From: Epithemia pelagica
Taxonomy: Eukaryota > Protista > Bacillariophyta
NCBI GenBank assembly: GCA_946965045.2
Contig: OX337238.1
Coordinates: forward strand, 1,674,001-1,738,000
DNA length: 64,000 nt
Direction: 5' to 3'
Within the stretch, counting starts at the first letter, position 1. Every line of letters starts with the position of its first letter. The position numbers and the translations under genes are program-made. Of this stretch, positions 45,058 through 58,514 are shown piece after piece. The notes below the pieces were generated by a model that did not search any database, was not told where the DNA came from, and was given only the letters and a program-made list of their open reading frames with translations.

Positions 45058-47065
45058 TCTTTGTGTCTGTGTGTGTCTTGTATTTGGATGGGGTTTGTCT
45101 TGTTTGGAATTTCACCAGGTTACTATCGTTCTTCTCTACTTGCTTTTTTGGAGAATTTGAGTTGTGTTGAATGGTTTTGTGAGCGCAAATAGCCTGTCGC
45201 AAAGCAATCTTTTTGAATTCCTTGGGGGAAGAAGGAAGCGGATGCTTGTTCGTACGCCATGAGTCTTGCCGGTCTGCTCCCACGAATCAAATTCAACTCT
45301 CGGGCGCTTAGAATTCAAAACATGAAATAGTCTGTGAAAACAACACTTATTCACGATGAGTAGTTGTCCGGACATGCAACAGACAGGAATGCCGGTTCAG
45401 TCTCGTCGCCAGCCATGCCGGTATAAATGAAGTAATTAAAGGACATTCCGGACACGCACGGCGACCTGGCCGACATGAAACCCGTCCTGTATCGCCACAT
45501 GCACAACGGCGATTCTCTTGGAGGGAGTCGAATCTCGGTCTTCCGGTTGTCAGTGTGTGTGTTGGAAGTTGGAAGGCAAGACAATACAGCGGATTCATCT
45601 ATTGTGCGGATAGACTTTGGAGTGCAGTGGGATGGAGTGCAGGGACAATTTCAATCGTGTTCTTTTTCAAACATTCTCACCATTATTTCGTATGGAATAT
45701 TTCAATCGTTGCAAGTGTGGCATCATCGCATAGAATTAGGCCCTCTGGCAAGACGATCCAGGTGGCCATGATACTGCCCCGATACAACTCCTCGTAAGCG
45801 TCAGCCCCAAGAGCCGGAAAGGGGGGAGATGTACGGACCCCCAAACAACAAAACAAATTTGGAGCCACATTTTTTCGTTTTCTTGTCGTGATTCGTCGTT
45901 TGGACCTTTGTCTCGAGGGGTTGCGATATGCCCGAGCCTTTTCCATGGAGTCCATGCAATCATGTGTGCACTGTCTCTTTTTGTTCTTCCTTGGCTGTGC
46001 GAAGGAAGGCTGGAGATGGATTCCGTTCGAGCCGTCGTCGGTCCCCGTCAATGAGATTTCTTGCGGTGGGGCAAATTTCTGGATCAGCACCAAACCGAGC
46101 AGCATACCACTTTTTTGCCGTATCCAGTAAGTCCCTCCGCAAACAGAGGCCGTGTTGCGCTTCTGTGACGACTACACTTTTTATGAATCGTATTTTTCAC
46201 TATTCATGCCGTCCCTCTCTAGAGGGTCACAACTACCAACACCTCCACGGCCAGTTGGACGTCAATCACCATACATGGAACGGACATTTGGGTTGCTGGT
46301 GAATCAAGACGTTTCAGTCGCTCCCAAAGTGGTCTACCTAATAGGTAGTGGTGCGTTTGTCAACGCCCGATCGAGTATGTCCTGCTGGGACTGCCGCTGA
46401 AATAGACTATCCTTTTTGTAGCTTCATGTTGCAATGAAATTATCGGTATACATCAGTGATGTTCGTCTTTCGATAGTATAGGGAGTCAACTATTCGACTG
46501 TCGTTTGTCGACATCTGAAGAGATGCTGACTTCTAACTCGTGACTTAAGACATCCAGTCTTGGGGGACTCTTCAGCTACGGGTGACAACTGACAAGTGAC
46601 AAGAAATACTGTCGGGACTTCGAATGGACCGGCGAAAACGTCGCAAGTCAATGCTCGCAACTATCTTCAACTCTGATAGTAGTGTGGATAAATTGCATGA
46701 TGCACATGGTCAATAAAGTCCCAGCCAGAATGCATCTTGGACGCCGGGATCAAGTCTACAGAATGGATCTATAATGACAGAAAGATGACTCGTTTACCAG
46801 TACAATATACTCTATAATAGGAATATTGTGTACGAGTATTGGGACAACGAGTACGAGTACCTCCTACCTCTTACAATACTCTTAGTACAATACTACTAGT
46901 GTAAACACACTCACGCACTTTTTGGACGAGCACAAAACGCCCACACAATCCAAAATTTCTAACCACACAGATGGAGATGGAGGGAGCAGGCAGCAGGCAC
47001 TGATTCATACTTTTGAGTTCTTTCCCAATTCCGTCCTGTGGAGAAAGCACTATTCTTTCACGATC

Positions 47066-50000
47066 ATGTCCACACGACAAACAGCAAACCAACCAGGCAT
47101 GTCGTCCCTGTCGCAGCTTGCCAATCTCAACAAGAAGGAACTTTTACTCCTTTCTGAAGAATTTGAAGATGACGACTTTGACGAGGAGGATGACGATAGA
47201 TTGGACAAGACAACGGGGACCTTGGGTGATTGGGGCATGCCCGTGCAATCCCGAGTGGAGGAGGTGACCAAACCACAGCCCCAACAACCACAAGACGAAG
47301 AACGAGATGAAATTCAAGAAGTCAAACGTATTGCGCAAGGAGAAACGCGGGTTGTCCGTATTTGGAGAGTTGTGGTGGCCGTGATTTTGATCACAGCCGG
47401 AGCCTTGGTGTCCTATGGAACTTACTACTACCTCGATCAACAATTGGATGACGAAACGGTGAACAAGGTACGCTAGATACTCCCAAACAGGAAGGATAAT
47501 CGAGTTTGAACTCATTTTCTTCTGACACAATTACATCCTTTTTTATCTGGTTGCAGTACAAATTGTTTGTAAATACCATTCATGATGTGTCCCACATGCA
47601 CTTTTTGAATTCTGTCACAGCCTGTCAATCTTTGGCTCGCGCCATGACAGCTGAAGCCACGGCAGCGGCTCAGGCGGCTGCCGCAGCCGCAGGAGTCGAA
47701 GAAATGGCACCCTCTTCGATTCTTCCCTTTTTTACCATGCCCCAATGGGAAGTTCATGCCAGCGAAGCTCGCGAACGGGGAGGGATTGAAGCCTTTGTCT
47801 TTCTCCCGTATTTGGTGAGTCAACGAGACATTGATACCTTTACAGAACATGCCAAGCAACATGCCGCGACCTGGCAAGAACAAAGCATTGCCGTTCATCA
47901 GGCCTACAATCCACACTTTGCCCCTTTGAACTTTGGAACGAGTAGCACAACCGAAATTTATGAATTGGATACTAAGCGTCCCACAACGGTCAATGATACC
48001 GCTCTTATGCAACAAGTGATGAAACAACTACCTCAACTACAACAATTAAAGCAACTGCAACAACAAATGCAAGAGCAGCTCCTTCAACAACTCCAGCAGC
48101 AACAACAAGAAGGAGGGCCACTACCGCCACCACCAGAATTGCCACCTTTTGAGCTTCCCCTCCCCCCACCCATTCTGCCCTATTGGACCATGTCACCGCC
48201 ACCACAGAACAACTATGACATGATGATGGCCAATGCCTTTCCCTTGTATGCCAAACAAATTCAAGATGCTATTGTCACTCGAAGTACGTAATCTGTCATT
48301 CTGTCTATGTATGGTCCCAAAGATTGAGTATGTCCACCGCTCATTATATCCTCTGTACTTGTGATTTTCTTGTTTCCATTTGTTTTGGCCCATTTGCCAA
48401 TTTGTTTTAGTGTTTGGTTTTGGTGCCATGGATTTGCAATTGGGAGATACCCTGGACGACTTGATTGGCGTGGAAAGTCATCAGGTGGTCCATGCCATGC
48501 GACACCCCACAGCGGCGCGGCAACCGGGTGTTGATCCTGCCTCGTATACGCGACAAACTCATGCGTATGCCATTCAACCCGTTTTTACCAGTCTCTCCGA
48601 TACCATTTTACCCATGACTGCACCACCCATACCAGTTGCGGGTGCCTCTGGAGGCGATGCAACAACAGCGGCAGGAGGAAATGCTCCAGAATCCATGGGA
48701 ACTCAGGCAGGGACACCAGGCCCGATTCCCATGGGTCCCCTGTCCTTGGAAGATCAAATTCGCAATGGCATTGGTGGATTCTTAGTTGTATTTGGTGGAA
48801 TTGACGCCTTTCTCATCAATATTCTTCCTACGGGAGTCCGTGGAATTCGTATTGTCATCAAAAACTCGTGTGGAGATACGGTGACCTATGAATTGGACGG
48901 CAACGATGTAAGTGATAAACGAACCAAGGAACGAGTCTGGAAGACTGGTTCTTTTGCCCCCGTGTCTCACGCTCTACTGTCTATGTTGATATATGTGTCT
49001 GTACGCGGAATCCTCGCAACGATTGGCAACTACCAGGCAATATTTATCGGAGAAGGTGATCTCAGTGACCCAGACTATTCCCATTTAACACGAGAGATCA
49101 ATTTCCCGCTTCCGACTACGCCTCTTGGTGGATACTGCAGCTATCATTTTGTTGTCTCGCCTTCCTCGTTGTTTATGGAGGACAACTCATCCAATCTACC
49201 CATTATTTTCACCATAGTGGTTGCTGGTATCTTTGCCATAATGGTTGTGACCTTCTTCATCTATGACATGCAGGTTGAACGCCGAAACAAGAAAATGGTC
49301 AATACAGCCGCTCGGTCCAATGCGATTGTATCATCCATTTTCCCTTCCACCTTTCGAGATCGTCTCATGGCACATGAGGACGAACAAAGGCCTCAATCCG
49401 GGGATAGCGAGGGAGATCTTTTGTTGCAACCAACAAAGACTCATCTGAAGACTTTCTTGAACGCCAATGTCGACAATGATGACGACGAAATGCTTCTCAT
49501 GACTTCGAAACCCATTGCTGACCTCTTTACCGACACTACGATCATGTTTGCTGATATTGCAGGCTTTACGGCCTGGAGTTCAGTACGAGAACCCTCGCAG
49601 GTTTTCATCTTGCTCGAGACCGTCTACCGAGCCTTTGACATGTGAGTTCCTTCAAGCATACGCTGCAGTGAACAGCATTGGAGAATCGCTCACATTTTTG
49701 TTTTCAGCATTGCCAAGAAACGTGGGGTCTTCAAAGTCGAAACTGTTGGAGACTGTTACGTCGCCGTATGCGGACTCCCCGATCCTCGTTTGGACCACGC
49801 CGTTGTAATGTCACGATTCGCTCTGGATTGCCTAACACGAATGCAGTCCCTCTCTAAGAAATTGGAAGTGATGCTTGGACCAGACACGGGAGACCTGGGA
49901 ATGAGGATTGGCCTTCACAGTGGTCCTGTCACAGCTGGGGTCCTTCGTGGTGAAAGGTCTCGTTTCCAATTATTTGGAGACACCATGAACACGGCGTCAC

Positions 50001-51700
50001 GTATGGAAAGCACCGGCGTGGTCAATCGAGTACAAGTGTCCGAAGAAACGTCCAAGCTTTTGGTGGGGGCTGGAAAGGAGCACTGGCTCATGCCGAGAGA
50101 AGAACCAGTGGAGGCCAAGGGCAAAGGAATCCTCACCACATTCTGGTTGAAAAAGTCGGGGGTTGCTTCTTCAGACAGATACTCGGACGATCACACTACC
50201 TCCATGTCCACGTCGACTTTTGAAGGAGGACTAGTGGATGTTTCGGCTCTGTCGAATTCCTTTGGGGCTATTTCAAGCAAGACCTCGCGTCTAATTGGAT
50301 GGAATGTGGAAGTCCTGTTCACCCTTCTCAGGCAGATCGTCGAAACGAGAAGAGATCGAGGAATTGAACCCCTTTTGTGCAGCCCTGAAGATCTAAAACG
50401 ATATGAATCCAATCTAGCGCGCGTCATCGCCCATGACAACTCAACAGTCCTTGAAGAAGTAGAAGAAGTCATTTGGCTTCCGCATCACGATCGAAGTGAA
50501 AGTATGACAAACACGACACTTGGTCAAGTTCGAGCTAAGCAAGAATCCATCACAACATCAAACAGCGATACGCTTCAATCTGCTTCAAATGAACTGGTCG
50601 AATATGTAACAGGAATTGCTACCATGTACAATGAGAACCCTTTTCACAACTTCGAACACGCATCTCATGTCACCATGTCTGTGGTGAAGTTGTTGTCTCG
50701 AATTGTTGCACCTTCCGAAGTTGATTATTACGAAAATCATGCGGCTTCGATCGCCAAGGAACAACCGATCGGGCAACAGGGGACTCGGCCATCATGTTCC
50801 ACCTTGCATGATCACACGTACGGTATCACATCCGACCCTCTCACTCAATTTTCGTGTGTGTTGTCAGCCTTGATTCATGACGCTGATCACCCTGGTGTCC
50901 CCAATGCCCAGTTGGTGAATGAAGGTCAAGAAATGGCCTTGCGCTTCAAAGGGAAGAGCATTGCTGAACAAAACTCGGTGGAATTAGCATGGAATATGCT
51001 AATGGAGGATCGTTTTCGGAACCTAAGATCAGTCATTTATGTTTCTGAGCTCGAGCTAAAGCGCTTCCGTCAACTTGTCGTAAATTCAGTAATGGCCACG
51101 GATATTGTGGATAAGGAGCTCAAAGCATTGCGCAATGCACGATGGGAAACAGCGTTCTGCAAGAATATGCCATCTGGTGGAAGCGAGCTGGAGAATGTGA
51201 ATCGCAAGGCCACGATTGTGATCGAGCATCTGATTCAGGCCTCTGATGTTGCACATACAATGCAACACTGGCATATTTATCGAAAATGGAACCAGCGATT
51301 CTTCATGGAATGTTATATTGCCTACAAAGAGGGACGAGCAGAGCAGAATCCGGCAGATTTCTGGTATCAAGGCGAGATCGGCTTCTTCGATTTCTACATT
51401 ATTCCTCTGGCAAAGAAGTTAAAAGATTGTGGTGTATTCGGTGTATCGAGTGACGAATATTTGAACTACGCGACGAGCAACAGGAACGAGTGGAAAGTAA
51501 GAGGATCCGAACTTGTTGCCGAAATGATGGAACAGATCCAAGCGAAGAGTATGTCGTCTCGACGACTTACTCGGGATGTACGTCTTTCTCCAAAAACAGT
51601 ATGGAGAACCACACCAATTTCAGCTTCTCATCCCTCGAAAGCTTCAAGTGATGTTCCTGACCGAGGAAGTAAAGACAAAAGTATCAAGAATCCATCGTGA
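47066..51700 (+). CDS. Receptor-type class III nucleotide cyclase-phosphodiesterase fusion; exons 47066-47467, 47557-48283, 48411-48907, 49037-49641, 49708-51700
   Basis: TM1, extracellular region, TM2; FADIAGFTAWSS, KVETVGDCYVAV, RFQLFGDTMNTASRMES; PDE motifs NPFHNFEHASHV, LIHDADH, IQASDVAH; canonical splice sites in phase. Confidence 0.9.
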
Positions 51701-51983
51701 ATTCAAAAGGGCCTAGGGTCCACGGAAAAGGTCCAAAATCGCCACAGAAGGACGTCGGAAAGACCGTTGTGTCAGGTCCCTCCTCTTCAACCACTGTTCA
51801 AATAGACATTTAATCAACCGATATATTATGCCTTCCGTACTGAGGACTAGCTCCGACTCATATGGAATTCGCGAGGGGACACCTACAAAGTACCAAGGCG
51901 AAGCAAAATGGGGAAGCATGGTCGAAGTCGAATTAAGAGGAGTTCACCAGCCAATAAAAATTTATAATGTTTTTTCTAACAAC

Positions 51984-54900
51984 CTACACAACCAATGATG
52001 ATGAGACCTTCTGTCCAACAGTAGACAACAGCTCGGACGATCCGACTAATTTCGTGTTTTCTCCAGAGAACGGCGAAGAATCAGGTTGCTGCGAAGGGGA
52101 GGACAGAATCCCTGTATGCCTTTGCAACATTTGCTGGGTCTCTGTCTTTTGTTCTGACGTCGCCGCAATATCCCCTCTCACAGAATCACCTGTGGCTTTC
52201 AGTTTTACGAGCTCTACCATTTCCGCCACAATCTCCTGGCCTCGCACCTCCCATTCACTGCGGTTCTTTGTCGCATAGTTCAAATACTCATCACTCGAAA
52301 CACCAAACACTCCACAGTCTTTCAGCTTCTTTGTCAAAGGAATAATGTAAAAGTCAAAGAAACCAATCTCACCCTTGTACCAAAACTCGGCCGGATTCTT
52401 CTCGGCGCGACAATCCACATAGGCTTGGTAGCACTCCATAAAGAACCGTTCATTCCATTTCCGATAAATATGCCAATGCTGCATCGTATGTGCCACATCC
52501 GAGGCTTGGATCAAATGCTCAATCACAATTGTGGCCTTGCGATTCACATTCTCCAGCTCATCGCCTGACTGAGATTCTTCTGCATTGAAAGCAGTCTCCC
52601 ATCGAGCATTACGCGATGCCTTGAGCTCCTTGTCTACAATATCTGTGGCCATGACGGAATTCACAACCAATTGGCGGAATCGCCGAAACTCGGCCTCGTT
52701 GACGTACAGAGCAGATCGGAGATTTTCGAAACGAACGTCCATCAACAAATTCCATGCAAGTTCAATAGAATTTTGCTCAGCAACACTCTTGCCCTTGAAT
52801 CGCACAGCTACCTCTTGTCCCTCCTTGACCAGTTGTGCATTGGGAACACCTGGATGATCTGCGTCATGAATGAGAGCAGACAAAACACAGGAGAACTGTG
52901 TCAATGGATCTGACGTGATACCGTAGGTGTGATCATGCAGTGTAGAAGATCCGTCTTGCATGGCCTTGGAGTTTTCATAGTCGACTTCGGATGGTGCCAC
53001 AATACGGGACAGCAACTTGACCACGGACATGGTGACATGAGAGGCATGTTCAAAGTTATGGAATGGGTTGTTATTGTACATTGTCGCAATGGCTGTAACG
53101 TATGCACAGAGTTCGTCCGCAACGACAGCAGGCATGTCAACTTCCCCATCAAGCTTTGGCTGCGGGGTCACCGGGTCATTGCGAGGAAGCCAGATAACCT
53201 CTTCGACTTTGTCCAGCATGGTGATGCTACCATTTAGAGCTTTCGTAGTAACCTCCGTTTCGTATTTAAGTCTGTCAAATGAATCTGTTATGTTCCGACT
53301 TTTCCGCAAACGAACTATTTGCTTGATCAAGTTTAGAAGGACCTCCACATTCCAACTGATCAGACGGGCAGTCTTGCTTGATGACGTTCGATTTGTTAAA
53401 GTCGAACTATTGCCTCCACCACGAGAAGGAAACGAGACGTTTCTTCCTTCGTCCACAAACTGTTCAATTGATGCCGTACCTGGCCTTCTTAACCAAAATG
53501 TGGTCAATATGCCCTTGCCTTTAGCTTGCACTGCGTTTTCCCGTGATACCAACCAATGCTCTTTTCCGGCCTTCATCAACAGTTTGGACGTTTCCTCAGA
53601 TACCTGAACACGGTTCACTTCGCCTGTACTTTCCATTCGGGATGCTGTGTTCATTGTATCCCCAAACAACTGGAATCGAGAACGCTCCCCTCGAAGGACT
53701 CCCGCCGTAACAGGTCCACTGTGAATACCAATTCGCATACTCAAATCTCCCGTGTCAGGTCCAAGCATGATTTCTAATTTCTTGGTTAGTGCTTGCATTC
53801 GGCTCATACAATCCAGGGCAAAACGAGCCATGATGACAGCGTGATCGGCACGTGGATCAGGTAGACCACAAACAGCCACATAGCAGTCTCCCACGGTCTC
53901 AACCTTGAATACTCCGCGCTTCTTCGCAATTCTGTGACAAGTACAAATAATAAGATGTCAAAGTTAGATCAAGAGATGGACAATTGTGATTCATTTCCCC
54001 ACTGGAATGCAAAGCTTACATATCAAATGCTCGGTAGACCGTCTCAAGGAGAGTAAAGACCTGAGATGGTTCGCGCACAGAACTCCATGCGGTAAAGCCT
54101 GAAATATCGGCAAACATGACTGTCGTGTCCGTGAACAGGTCGGCAATAGGCTTTGATTCTAAAACAATGTCGTCGTCGTCATGCAATCTCTTGCCATTCT
54201 CTTCCTCGGACGGGGAATGGGCACTAGTTAAAAAGCCCTTCAAATGCGTCTTTGTTGGTTGTAAGAGCAAACCACCGCGTGTCGTCTTCTTGTTGTCGTC
54301 ATCGGGAGTTGCCAAGAGACGGTCGCGGATAGTCGAAGGAAAGATGGACGAAACAATGGCGTTGGATCGGGCTGCGGTATTGACCATTTTCTTGTTTCTT
54401 CGTTCGACTTGCATGTCGTAGATGAAAAATGCAATCACCATAATGACAAAGATTCCGGCAACAACAATGGTGAAGATAAGGGGAAGGTTGGAATCATTGT
54501 CGTCCATATACAAGGAAGTGGGCGTCACAAGGTACTTATAGCTGCAAATTCCTCCAATGTCCGAGATATTCTTTTCAGAGGATGTCCGATCACCAAACTG
54601 GGGATAAATGATGCTATCAAAAAGTAGCTCGCGTGTCAGGTGTGCATATGTAGAGTCACTCTGGTCACCCTCTCCCATGAATGTTGCCTGGGACGGTTTG
54701 ATTTAAAATAAATGTAAAACGAAAGACAATCGTTAGCCTTCGTGTCATTTCTTGTGGTCCAAACGGTCACACTATCGTTTGATTCCGGAAATGGGCTTTT
54801 TGACCTACCTGATTGCCATCCAATTCATAAGTGAATACATCGCCGCAGTCATTTTTGATCACGACACGAATACCCCGAATACCATTGGGTTAAATGTCCA

Positions 54901-55105
54901 CCAAAAAGGCATCAAACCCAAACAATCCAAGCAAATACCCTGCAATACCAGCCCGTGTTTGATCGTTGGGACTGGCGTCGTCTGCCATAGTGGTGGCCGA
55001 TCCGGACAATGTCGTGTAGACAGGTTGCACCAACACGCCATGGGCTTGTTCGGAGGAGGACCGATTGGCCGCTCTAACTCTAACCCAATACGTGTCCAGA
55101 CAGTG
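51984..55105 (-). pseudogene. Inverted cyclase-PDE paralog, 5'-truncated with an in-frame TAA; exons ~55105-54806, 54687-54020, 53931-51984
   Basis: Same motifs and intron positions as the plus copy; VDI*PNGIRG (TAA at 54890-54892) versus INILPTGVRG; no TM1 exon visible upstream. Confidence 0.75.
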
Positions 55106-56440
55106 TTAATTATTTATTGAATTATGTCTGTGACTGAACAAAGTCAGTACGGACCATCGCAACCAAAATCAGAGACCAATTCGTCGCGCCCAGGAGTAAA
55201 AGGTACAGATAGAGGCGATCTAGCTACCCCTACCTACCTTCCTAATATATGGTAGGAGTAATATCGAAGGGATGATTCATGAGTGCTCGACTGGTACCTA
55301 CTCCTAGGTAGGACCTGCACCATCGCTTCATTGTTAGAAGTACTCATAGGAGCGGGAGTATGGCTAGAAAGGTTGTATTGTCTACTCATATCTAGCAACC
55401 TCCTTTGCTGTAGGCAAAAAGGATTTTGCTATAGGCAAAAAGGACTTCCAGTAGCTGGAGGCTAGAGTCCATGAGACCTGCTGGCCGTCGTAGCAGTACC
55501 TTCCGGAAAAAGAGCTGTCTATAGTAGACTACTCCTACCTCTAGACTACCTACCTTCTTGACCTGTGGAATCCCCAATCCCCATCGTGGGAAGACTTGGA
55601 CCAGCGACACTTATTTGCCCGACCAGGAAGACACTAGAATGAAAAACGAAGACATAAGGACAATGGCGAAAGCCTAACGGCAACTTCGTTGTCCTATTTC
55701 CTATTACCATAATACGAGTATCATATCCTCTATCCTCTTCTTTCTTCTCTCTACGAGTATCTCCTCTACTCGTATCTCGTATCTCGTATGCTCAATGTTC
55801 ATTCTCCCATTTCAAATTTTAATGTCATTATGTTATTCGTCATTCCATAATTGAAATATGAAATATTATTTATTCTCTCGATGTGACTCCTACTCGTATT
55901 ATTCGTATTGGGGATGTCCGAGCCATTGGACCAATCCGAATCTGCGAAGACGGGGACGCCGCACACTTCGAGTCTACTCGTACAGTCTACGAGTACGTCA
56001 TTGTAGATTTTAATTAATAATATGGTTGTTGTTTTTGCCGAAGAGGACGCGGAGACATGCGACTTGCGACAAACGTGTCCGTGCGACTGCTCGATAGTTG
56101 ATACGACTGCGATTTCAAAGGGATAGCTTTCCTCCTAGTAGTAGTAGACTGTAAACTTCAGCATTCCACGTACCATTCAAAATGGATCCTGAATCCTGAT
56201 GCCTTGAATCTTCCAGTCTCTGCTTTTAGAGAAAGACATATGATTGTAGAGAGCCCCAACTATCTGTTTTCTCTTGTTTACGTCTACTCCTTTAGGTGGT
56301 CATCATTCGATCTCTTCGCCATATTGCTTGCCCTTTCTCATTCAGGCGATTTCTTCTGTTTTAAGTTGTCGGACTGGGAGGACGGTGCAAACAGGTTCAA
56401 AAACAAATCTTTTCCTTCCTGCCCCAAATCACGAGCTAGC

Positions 56441-58162
56441 TTATCCATTCCCACCGGTAATGGTTTCAATTGCGGTCCTTTTACAGATGCCTGAGCATTG
56501 ACAGGAGTTGTCGCATCTGTGGTCATTGCCGTTTGCACGCGATAGTCCGAAGTCAATGTGGCATGGCGGAGCAACCTGTGGAGTATTAGTATGGGGAATG
56601 TGAGAGGACGAATCTGATGGCATAGATGGTGAATGAAATGAGAACAATGGCAAGGTCTGCGGATGGGGGGATGTTATCAAATGCAGTTGCTCTGCAGCAG
56701 AATAGCCCATGGATCTAACTGCATTATGTGTGCCGTGGTACAAAACTGGAGGGACGACGAGGCCATCTTGCGGACTAGTCTGAAATTGATGTTGAGATGT
56801 TGTAGGTTGCATGACTAATTGAACTTGGTAAAGGTTTGTGGTAGTTCGGGACGCCTGTGTGGTTCCAGTGAACAGATCTTGGCTCCCCATTGGAGCATTA
56901 GTTGTGGTTCTAGCAGCGTGATTCTGTTTGACACCAAACGGTTTAGAGGGGGAGTGCTGCGGGAGCGTTACCGGGCCCGCCTTGGTTGTCATAGCTGATG
57001 TATTGATACTCATCTGAGTTTGTGCTGGTTCCAATTTGGATGCTGCATTGGTGTCAGCATACGAAACTGAATGGTCGGAAAGCTGATCTTTGTTTCCGGT
57101 GTTTAAAAACGCCACTTGCAATGGAGCTCCAATAACACTGTGGGAAGTAGCAGTTTCACCAACAATACAGTCGCCACGACTAGCAGCGCTAGAATCAATT
57201 CCACTTGTCTCGATGGTCGATGACGATGCTTCTAACTTTTTGTCCTTGGTGTCCGAATTCAAAGCTGCTGGAGACGCAGCTTCAAGATTGTTATGACCTG
57301 TATAGACTATACAATGCAGAGTGTGAGACACGAGTGATTTCTTTGGTGGATAACTCTTGTGCCACGTTTCACGCGTACCGTGCATTCCATGACTTTGTTT
57401 TTGTCGTGCTGGTGGTTCATGCTGATGGTCATTGCTGTCTCCAATGTCCTCATCCTCTTCGTCCCCTAAGCTAGTATTGCTACTGCTGCTCCCACCCGCA
57501 TTTTGGTGCTCTCCATCCCCTTCCTCTTGTTGACCCCTTGTTTTGTGTCCTTCCTTAGTTTGGTCGTTTTCCCGATTCCATACCGCCATTTCCTGCTCAT
57601 AGCGTCGTTTTTCCATCAGTGCCATTTGGTCGTATTTCCGTTTGTCTGCAGGATCCTCAATAGCATTCCACATGGCAGCAATGGCTTTTCCCATTTCGGA
57701 GAAGCCCATTTTACCGTGTCCACCGCTTGCAGGAACACCCTCTGGCCGGACTGAGCGCTCAGCCAAGAGAACCTTTCTTTGTTCTTGAAAGAAAAAGTTA
57801 TAGGCACACAGCGGTCGCTTTGGCTTGGGAGGTGAACGTGATTTCGAAGCCTCATAATCTTTCAAAGATGGACGACCCCGACGACGACGACCTCGACCTG
57901 CCGTTCTTGGCCTCCGACGGACAGCTGGAGGAGAACGCTCACCAGAGGATGCAAGACCTACATGATGGAGAGCTTCTTCTTGTCTTGATCTTGAGTTTGA
58001 TACAAATCGCTGAGGTTCCATGATGTGAGAGGAGGCAGATGCTCTCTCGATGGGGTTTCTATCAAGAGGATTATCATTGGTAGCAGCAGTGGAAAGGCCG
58101 TGTTGTGTCTCCCTTTGTGGTGCTTGTCCTTGTCTAGGATTCACGGGGGCTTCTTCTGACAT
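56441..58162 (-). CDS. HMG-box transcription factor-like protein
   Basis: KPKRPLCAYNFFFQEQR...MGFSEMGKAIAAMW...KRKYDQMALMEKRRYEQEM. Confidence 0.88.
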   Translation of the reverse strand: MSEEAPVNPRQGQAPQRETQHGLSTAATNDNPLDRNPIERASASSHIMEPQRFVSNSRSRQEEALHHVGLASSGERSPPAVRRRPRTAGRGRRRRGRPSLKDYEASKSRSPPKPKRPLCAYNFFFQEQRKVLLAERSVRPEGVPASGGHGKMGFSEMGKAIAAMWNAIEDPADKRKYDQMALMEKRRYEQEMAVWNRENDQTKEGHKTRGQQEEGDGEHQNAGGSSSSNTSLGDEEDEDIGDSNDHQHEPPARQKQSHGMHGTRETWHKSYPPKKSLVSHTLHCIVYTGHNNLEAASPAALNSDTKDKKLEASSSTIETSGIDSSAASRGDCIVGETATSHSVIGAPLQVAFLNTGNKDQLSDHSVSYADTNAASKLEPAQTQMSINTSAMTTKAGPVTLPQHSPSKPFGVKQNHAARTTTNAPMGSQDLFTGTTQASRTTTNLYQVQLVMQPTTSQHQFQTSPQDGLVVPPVLYHGTHNAVRSMGYSAAEQLHLITSPHPQTLPLFSFHSPSMPSDSSSHIPHTNTPQVAPPCHIDFGLSRANGNDHRCDNSCQCSGICKRTAIETITGGNG

Positions 58163-58514
58163 GATGCATTAACCGTTGGAGGGCTCAATCGTCGTCCTCA
58201 GTGAAGTACCAGAAAGGATTTTCTCGTGTTGCACCGCCAATCGGCCATTGTGAGTTGCAACTGCCAATTCCGACTTTTGGCCTCGTCTGCTGTTTTGCCT
58301 TGTAGATAAGACAAGATCTGTCGTTGTTCGCTGTTGCTTTCCAGGATCAACGAAGGTTTAGACTTTAGCCTCAATCTGATGTTTAAAAGTAAGACAACAT
58401 CCCCCTCGACATTTTGGATTTTGGAGTTTGGACACATATTGTTCGAATGGAAGGCTGGGAGTCTGGGGGACGGAAGTCGGAATGCCCTCAGGCCATCCCT
58501 ATCCCTTAATGGGG

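Noticed and set aside
42900-46800. Numerous 60-160-aa ORFs
   Set aside because: No recognisable motifs and no consistent splice model; treated as intergenic or degraded, except for one low-confidence ORF.
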